From Planctomycetota bacterium (GTDB taxonomy: Bacteria > Planctomycetota > UBA1135 > UBA2386): a stretch of 64,000 bases of DNA. This document shows, in pieces, positions 58,417 through 64,000 of this stretch. The notes under the pieces were generated by a model. The model was not told the origin of the DNA. It saw only the letters and a list, made by a program, of their open reading frames with translations, and ran no database searches. The stretch spans positions 6,688,001-6,752,000 of the forward strand of contig OZ245006.1 in assembly GCA_965223545.1 (NCBI GenBank), given 5' to 3'. Both the position numbers and the translations under genes were made by a program. The number at the start of each line of letters is the position of its first letter. Positions within the stretch are counted from its first letter, which is position 1.

Positions 58417-59748
58417 ATGTATCGCGTCGTCATCGTCGGCCGCCCCAACGTCGGCAAGTCGAGCCTGCTCAATCGAGTGGCGGGCCGGCGCGTCGCGATC
58501 GTCGAGCCGACCGCCGGCGTGACCCGCGACCGCGTCGGCGCGACCGTCGAGTGGCGCGACCGGCGGTTCGAGCTGATCGACACCGGTGGGCTCGGGCTGG
58601 TCGACGAGGCGCTGCTCAAGGAGCACGTCGAAGAGCAGATCGACTTCGCACTCGGCGGCGGCGATCTGATCTTGTTCGTCGTTGACGGTAAGGACGGCTT
58701 GGTGCCGGGCGACCAGCTCGTCGCGCAGCGGCTGCGCCGGCTCGGCAAGCCGGTGCTGCTGGTTGCCAACAAGATCGAGTCCCACTGGGAGGAGCTCGGC
58801 GTACACGATTGGCAGCGCGTCGGCTTCGGCGAGCCGTTGCCAGTGAGCGCGGTCGAGGGCTTCGGCATCAGCGATCTGCTGGACGCGGTCCTCGAAGCCC
58901 TGCCCGAGCCCGCCGCCGACGAGCAGCCGTCGGCCGACGCCCCGCTCAAGTTCGCCATCGTCGGCAAGCGCAACTCCGGCAAGTCGACGCTGGTCAACCT
59001 GCTGGTCGGAGAGGAGCGCGTCATCGTCTCCGACGTGCCCGGCACGACGCGCGACGCGGTCGACGTCGAGTTCGAGCACCGCGGCCGGCCGATGGTGGCG
59101 ATCGACACAGCCGGCGTGCGCAAGAAGCGCAGCCTGCAGGATGCGATCGAGCTGTTCAGCTACACCCGGGCAACGGAGAGCATCCGCCGCTCGGATGTCG
59201 TCGTGCTGCTCTTCGACATTGGCGCCGAGATCAGCCAAGTCGACAAGAAGGTCGCCGCCTACTGCGCCGAGCACAAGAAGCCGGTCTTGATCGCCGGCAA
59301 CAAGCTCGACCTCGCCGACGAGCTCGTGTTGGAGCAGTGGGACGCCTACATCAAGCAGCAGCTGTCGGGGCTGGCCTTCGCGCCGGTGGTGTTCCTGTCC
59401 GCGCTGTCCGGCGAGAACGTCGACGCCGCGGTCGAGCTGTTGTTCGAGCTGCGCGAGCAGGCCTCGGTGCGCATCCCGACGGCCCGGCTCAACGAGGTGC
59501 TGCAGAGCGCGCGGCAGAAGCTGACACCGCGCGGGCCCGGCAAGATTCCCAAGCTGTTCTACGGCACGCAGACCGGCATCATGCCCGTGACCTTGTTGGT
59601 CTTCGTCAACGACCCCAAGCTGTTCCGCGGCCAGTACTCCCGCTATCTGGAGAACCGCTTGCGCACGGAGTTCGGCTGCGAGGAGGTGCCGTTGAAGTTG
59701 GTGTTCAAGAAGCGCGCCAAGGTCGAGCTGCCGCCGGCGACGCGATGA
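58417..59748 (+). CDS. der: Ribosome biogenesis GTPase Der
   Basis: Two G domains (GRPNVGKS/DTGG/NKIE; GKRNSGKS/DTAG/NKLD) and a KH-like C-terminus. Confidence 0.96.
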   Translation: MYRVVIVGRPNVGKSSLLNRVAGRRVAIVEPTAGVTRDRVGATVEWRDRRFELIDTGGLGLVDEALLKEHVEEQIDFALGGGDLILFVVDGKDGLVPGDQLVAQRLRRLGKPVLLVANKIESHWEELGVHDWQRVGFGEPLPVSAVEGFGISDLLDAVLEALPEPAADEQPSADAPLKFAIVGKRNSGKSTLVNLLVGEERVIVSDVPGTTRDAVDVEFEHRGRPMVAIDTAGVRKKRSLQDAIELFSYTRATESIRRSDVVVLLFDIGAEISQVDKKVAAYCAEHKKPVLIAGNKLDLADELVLEQWDAYIKQQLSGLAFAPVVFLSALSGENVDAAVELLFELREQASVRIPTARLNEVLQSARQKLTPRGPGKIPKLFYGTQTGIMPVTLLVFVNDPKLFRGQYSRYLENRLRTEFGCEEVPLKLVFKKRAKVELPPATR

Positions 59749-60539
59749 CGGCGCCCGATGCCGTCGCGTCCGGGACTCGCGCCCGCGTGTTCGTGTGTAT
59801 GCCGGCCTACCGTGCCGCGCGTACGTTGGAAGCGACGATCCGGGAGCTGCCCGCCGGCAGCTACGACGAGATCGTGCTCGGCGACGACGCCAGCGACGAC
59901 GGCACTGCCGAGCTCGCAGAAGCGCTCGGCCTGACGGTGGTGCGCAGCCCGCACAACCGCGGCTACGGCGGCAATCAGAAGCAGATCTACCAGGCGGCGC
60001 TGGACCGCGGTGCGGACATCATCGTGATGCTGCATCCCGACGGGCAGTACGACGGCTCGCTGGTGCCGGCGTTCGTCGAGTTCGTCGCCCGCGGCGTGGC
60101 CGACGTCATGTTGGGCAACCGCGTGCGCACGCGCCGCGAGTGCCTGCGCGACGGCATGCCGCTGTGGAAGTACCTCGCCAACCGCTGCCTGACGATTTTC
60201 GAGAACGTCGCCCTGGGGCAGAACCTCGGCGAGTTCCACTCCGGCTTCCGGGTCTACCGGCGGGCCGTACTCGAGGCGATCCCCTTCCACGACAACAGCG
60301 AGGACTTCGTCTTCGACTCGGAGCTGCTCGCGCAGGCGGTCCATTTGGGGTTTCGGGTGGCCGACGCGCCGATGCCGGTGCGCTATTTTCCCGAGGCCTC
60401 GAGCATCAGCTTCCGCCGCAGCCTCCGCTACGGGCTCACGACGGTGTGGGTGGTCGCCAAATTCTTGGCGCAGCGCCTGGGGCTGCGCCAGGCGATGTTC
60501 CGCCGGCGGGTGGCCGATCCGGCGGCTGGGGTCCGGTAG
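59745..60539 (+). CDS. Glycosyltransferase family 2 (DPM1-like)
   Basis: MPAY, DDASDD, NRGYGGNQK, HPDGQY, FHSGFRVY; ATGA overlap with der. Confidence 0.9.
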   Translation: MTAPDAVASGTRARVFVCMPAYRAARTLEATIRELPAGSYDEIVLGDDASDDGTAELAEALGLTVVRSPHNRGYGGNQKQIYQAALDRGADIIVMLHPDGQYDGSLVPAFVEFVARGVADVMLGNRVRTRRECLRDGMPLWKYLANRCLTIFENVALGQNLGEFHSGFRVYRRAVLEAIPFHDNSEDFVFDSELLAQAVHLGFRVADAPMPVRYFPEASSISFRRSLRYGLTTVWVVAKFLAQRLGLRQAMFRRRVADPAAGVR

Positions 60540-60788
60540 GGCTCCGGGTCGGCCCAGGACGGGATTCTCCGCAGTTGCTTGACAGGCACCGGGCGCGGCC
60601 GACGATGCTCTGCAACCAGCGCGGGGGATCCCGGTGACCGGAGAGTGACTCCGGCAGCTGTGGCGAAGCAGCGGCCGCCGCGCTGGAACGAATCTGACCC
60701 GAAACCTGGACTGCGCCTCGCACACGGCGGCCTCGCCCTCGACGAGGGCGCGTCGTTTGCCCGCAGCCGTGCTTCGCCGGCAACTGCC

Positions 60789-61091
60789 ATGAAGAACCGA
60801 CTCTACGTAGGCAACTTGGCCTACCACACGACCGAGGACGCGCTGACCCAAGCCTTCGCCGCCGATGGGCGGCAGGTGAGCAGCGTGCAGATCATGATCG
60901 ACCGCGACAGCGGCCGATCCCGCGGCTTCGCTTTCGTCGAGATGGCGAACGACGCCGACGCCCAGTCCGCCATCGACGCGCTCGATGGCGCCGAACTCGA
61001 TGGACGCAACCTGCGCGTCAACGAAGCCCAGGAGCGCCGGCCCCGCGGTGGCGGTGGCGGTGGGCGCCGCGATCGCCACGACAGCTGGTAG
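60789..61091 (+). CDS. Single-RRM RNA-binding protein with Gly-rich tail
   Basis: RNP2 LYVGNL, RNP1 RGFAFVEM. Confidence 0.95.
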   Translation: MKNRLYVGNLAYHTTEDALTQAFAADGRQVSSVQIMIDRDSGRSRGFAFVEMANDADAQSAIDALDGAELDGRNLRVNEAQERRPRGGGGGGRRDRHDSW

Positions 61092-61106
61092 CGCAGCCCT
61101 TGCCCG

Positions 61107-61132
61107 GCGCCGCGCCCCACTAGGCGCGGCGC
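61107..61132. terminator. Perfect 10-bp hairpin (terminator or REP-like)
   Basis: gcgccgcgcc-ccacta-ggcgcggcgc between the convergent RRM and transposase genes. Confidence 0.5.
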
Positions 61133-61208
61133 AGTGCCGCCGCTAGTCCTCGAGCAAGTGCGTCTCGACGACGAGCGACGAGTCAGGCTGCGGCCCCGTC
61201 TCCGCTGC

Positions 61209-61907
61209 TCACGCGGGCCGCTCGCGGAAGTCCAACCGCCCCCGCGACCGCCGCCACCCGCCCCTCAGCAGCCAAGTCCGCGCCCGCACCGTCGGCCGGA
61301 CCACCGGCTCCGACAGCTCCACCACCTCGCGCCACCCGTCGAACCAAGGCGCCGAAGAGTAGACGTCGATCGGCTGCCGCGGCCGTTGCCGGTGGTGCCA
61401 AGCATTCTGCAGCACGTACACCAACGCCCGCCGCACCTCCGTCGGCGAGCGCAGCACGCGCTCGTGAAACCGCTCGGCAAACACCCGCCCCGAGCGTCCC
61501 CACAGCTTGTTCAACCCCCGCGCCATCCGCACCAACAGGCCGGTCATCCCCCGCGTCAACGCCTCCCGATCCTTTGCCTCGACCAAGAGGTGCAAGTGAT
61601 CGCGCTGCACCGAGAACTCCACCAACCGAAACCCGAACCGCCCACACCCAGCCCGGATCCGCTCCACCAGCATCCAATACGTCCGCGCATTGCGTAAGCC
61701 CGGCAACCCCCTGCACAGCCGCACCGTCAAGTGCAGCGGATACCGCGCCACCAGCGTCCCCCGCGCCAAGTGCGGCACCGTCTCATCACTCACCTTGGGC
61801 CGCCCAGCGCCCTCCCGAGCCCCACCCCACTGCCGAAATGGCAGCTCGCCCTGGGCAACCACACGCCGCCGTGCCCCGCGCCGCGTTCGAACGGTCTCGT
61901 TCGTCAT
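61209..61907 (-). mobile_element. HUH Y1 transposase, RAYT / IS200-like
   Basis: LHLTVR, FSVQRDHLHLLVE (HUH), VFAERFH, RRALVYVLQN (catalytic Tyr). Confidence 0.85.
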
Positions 61908-62148
61908 TTGAATTAGCGACCTTATAGAAATGGGAGCAATCATGCAAGATCCGGACAAGAAATCTGCGCAGGAGCAGCCGGCGACTCGCACGCGACACCC
62001 TCTGCTCCCACGACGCTGAGGCGAGTGCGTGCCACCTCGCCACGAAACGCGCGCTCTTGATTCCGCGACCTTCAGGCGCGCGGGGGGCCGGGCTCGCGGA
62101 GAGTCAAGCGGGAGCTCTCGCGGTGCGGCAGGTCACCGGCGTTGGCAG

Positions 62149-63318
62149 CTATGCACGGCGGAGGGCCTCGGTCGGCGTCATCCGCGCCGCGCGCCATGCG
62201 GGGATGGCGCCACCGATCAGACCGAGGAGAACAGCGAACGCCACTGCGCCGCCGAGGACGACGGCGTTGATGCGCACCGAGAACGCGATCTCGGAAAAGG
62301 TCGCCATGTTGATGGTGCCGGTCTCGATGCCGTTGAGCGGCAGCACCAGCAGGCAGCCCAGCAAGCCGCCGAGCAGGCCGAGCAGGGCCGCCTCGAACAA
62401 GAACGAGACGAACAATGCCCACGGCCGAAAGCCGAGGGAGAGCAGGATGCCGATCTCGCGGCCGCGCGCCGCGATCGCCGCCAGCATCGAGTTGGTGCCG
62501 GTGAAGATCGCCGCCAGCCCCATGATGATGCCGAGCAAGACACCGACACTGATGAAGGTCGCCGACAGCGCGCCGGTCTGACTGCTCAGATACTCGGGCT
62601 CGCCGATCGCCTTGACGAAGATGCGCGGCTCGGCCTCCAGCCGTGCCGACAGCGCGGCGACATCGGTGCCGGGTTGTAGACGGGCGAACACCCGGCTGTA
62701 GACCGGGCGCTGCAGTGCCTCGAGCAGACGGTCGGCATCGCCCCAGATCTCCGAGTCGTGTTGGCCGGTCGCCGAGAACACGCCGACGACGCGGAACGGC
62801 GTCGTGTTGACCACCAGCACGTCGTCGATGTTGCAATCGCGGATGCGGCCGCGCAGCGCGCGGCCGACGATCAGCTCGTCGGCGCCGGGCTGTGGCGCAG
62901 TGCCCTCGACGATCGCGAAGCGTTCGCCGTGCACCGCGTAGCTGCGTGGCTGCACGCCGCGGAAGCCGACGTTGACCTCGCCGCCGTCGAGCTTGGCTCT
63001 GCGGATCGCCAGAAACACCTCGGCCGAGGCCAGCGGCTGGCCGTCATCGCCGGTCGCGATCTCGGGCGTGCTCTTGATCAGCGCATCGACGCGGTCGCGC
63101 GTGATCCCGCTCTCGCCCTCGGAAGTGGCGCCCGGGCGCAAGAAGATGGCGACGTCGGCGTCACCGCGCTCGACGAACATCCGGGCAAAGCCCTGCTGCA
63201 GGGCCAGCATGCCGGCGAGCACGGCGACGGTCGCCGCGATCGACAGCACGGTCAGCAGCGTCGCGCTGCTGCGGGCAAACAGGCTGCGGAGGTTGTAGGA
63301 GAAGGGGACGAGTCGCAT
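62149..63318 (-). CDS. ABC transporter permease (MacB/FtsX family)
   Basis: N-terminal TM, periplasmic domain, R.REIGILLSLGF, GAIPAWRAA...EALR. Confidence 0.9.
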   Translation of the reverse strand: MRLVPFSYNLRSLFARSSATLLTVLSIAATVAVLAGMLALQQGFARMFVERGDADVAIFLRPGATSEGESGITRDRVDALIKSTPEIATGDDGQPLASAEVFLAIRRAKLDGGEVNVGFRGVQPRSYAVHGERFAIVEGTAPQPGADELIVGRALRGRIRDCNIDDVLVVNTTPFRVVGVFSATGQHDSEIWGDADRLLEALQRPVYSRVFARLQPGTDVAALSARLEAEPRIFVKAIGEPEYLSSQTGALSATFISVGVLLGIIMGLAAIFTGTNSMLAAIAARGREIGILLSLGFRPWALFVSFLFEAALLGLLGGLLGCLLVLPLNGIETGTINMATFSEIAFSVRINAVVLGGAVAFAVLLGLIGGAIPAWRAARMTPTEALRRA

Positions 63319-63457
63319 GGCTCGACCGCGGTGGGGCGCGCGCACTCGGATCGGTGTGCGCGTGGAGGTTAGAAGGTCGGATCTTGGGAGGAAAGGTCTT
63401 GTATCGCCGCTCGGTCGCGGTCGGCCGCGCCGTGCTGGGCAGCGAACGCGGGCCACA

Positions 63458-63510
63458 CCCCTTGACAGTCTAGGGGAGAGGCGTCATGCTTCCTCTAGAC
63501 CATCTAGGGG
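63458..63510 (+). promoter_or_regulatory. Two 19-bp palindromic operators overlapping a sigma70-type promoter of padR
   Basis: CCCCTTGACAGTCTAGGGG (63458-63476) and CCTCTAGACCATCTAGGGG (63492-63510); TTGACA-N17-CATGCT. Confidence 0.75.
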
Positions 63511-63514
63511 ACTC

Positions 63515-63859
63515 ATGCCCAAGACCAAGAACGACCTGCTGCCCGGTACGCTCGATCTGCTCGTCCTCAAGACTCTCTCGGCCGGCGACGAGCACGGCTA
63601 CGGGATCGCGCGCAAGATCCTGACCACGTCGCGCGAGGTCTTGGGAGTCGAAGAGGGTTCGCTTTACCCCGCCCTGCACCGGATGGAGCGCAAGGGGTGG
63701 ATCCGCGCCGAATGGGGACTGTCGGAGTCCAACCGGCGCGCGAAGTTCTACGCGCTGACGCGGGCGGGCCGCAAACGCTTGCAGCTCGAGACGGAGAATT
63801 GGAAGACCTTCTCGCGGGCGGTGACGCGCGTCCTCGACGCGCGGACCGCGAGGGCGTGA
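63515..63859 (+). CDS. PadR family regulator (acidobacterial type)
   Basis: GTLDLLVLKTL, HGYGI, EEGSLYPALHR, SESNRRAKFY. Confidence 0.95.
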   Translation: MPKTKNDLLPGTLDLLVLKTLSAGDEHGYGIARKILTTSREVLGVEEGSLYPALHRMERKGWIRAEWGLSESNRRAKFYALTRAGRKRLQLETENWKTFSRAVTRVLDARTARA

Positions 63860-63860
63860 C

Positions 63861-64000
63861 ATGGGCCTGGGCCGCCTCGCAGCCGTGGTGCTTCCCTGGA
63901 GGCACTGGAAGAGCGCGGAGCAGCTGCGCGAGGAGATCGACGCCGAAGTCCGGTTCCACCTCGAGGAGCTCGAAAGGACCCTGCGGTCGGAAGGACTGCC
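63861..64000 (+). CDS. Partial gene with permease-prefix-like N-terminus; runs off the right edge
   Basis: EEIDAEVRFHLEE...SEGLP directly after PadR. Confidence 0.65.
   Translation, partial: MGLGRLAAVVLPWRHWKSAEQLREEIDAEVRFHLEELERTLRSEGL

Noticed and set aside
55591..59748. 1385-aa ORF ending in Der
   Set aside because: Only 58417-59748 is Der. The upstream part is an off-frame or antisense shadow of the MFS and serine hydrolase genes, expected at this GC content.
60579..60788. Sigma70 promoter and structured leader for the RRM gene
   Set aside because: TTGACA is present at 60579 but no convincing -10 at standard spacing, and no recognisable RNA motif.

Overview
A very GC-rich bacterial window, most likely from a Planctomycetota genome (inferred from the ECF sigma/Ser-Thr kinase pair, membrane-anchored ECF fusions and a DUF1570-like protein). 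From left to right: a lower-GC accessory patch (an FG-GAP-like ORF running off the edge, an IS66 tnpB remnant, a methyltransferase); a minus-strand core operon (CBS/CorC protein, recO, bamD, lptE, ftsH, folP, cdaA, ybbR-like, glmM, tsaB); an HDOD-GGDEF gene, an ECF sigma and a sigma54-type hsp20; htrA and an aceE-like gene; an EF-hand/ECF/kinase module; several secreted proteins; a nirK-FGE-SCO-norCBQD cluster with Rrf2 and nnrS; a tandem duplication of a secreted protein; der, a GT2, an RRM gene, a RAYT-like transposase, an ABC permease and PadR. The main results are missing from the ORF track. (1) Two probable selenoprotein genes are split at an in-frame UGA: a secreted EF-hand/iodothyronine-deiodinase-like protein (GSYT-U-PPF) and a lipoprotein HMA metal-binding protein (MT-U-GGC). 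Each UGA is followed after exactly 14 nt by a GUC...GAC hairpin with GGUC at its apex, like a SECIS. (2) Three unrelated secreted proteins share a C-terminal domain that may be a sorting or anchoring tag. (3) In the duplicated pair, the proteins diverged much more than their non-coding and pseudogene flanks. All calls come from reading motifs by eye; no database search was run.
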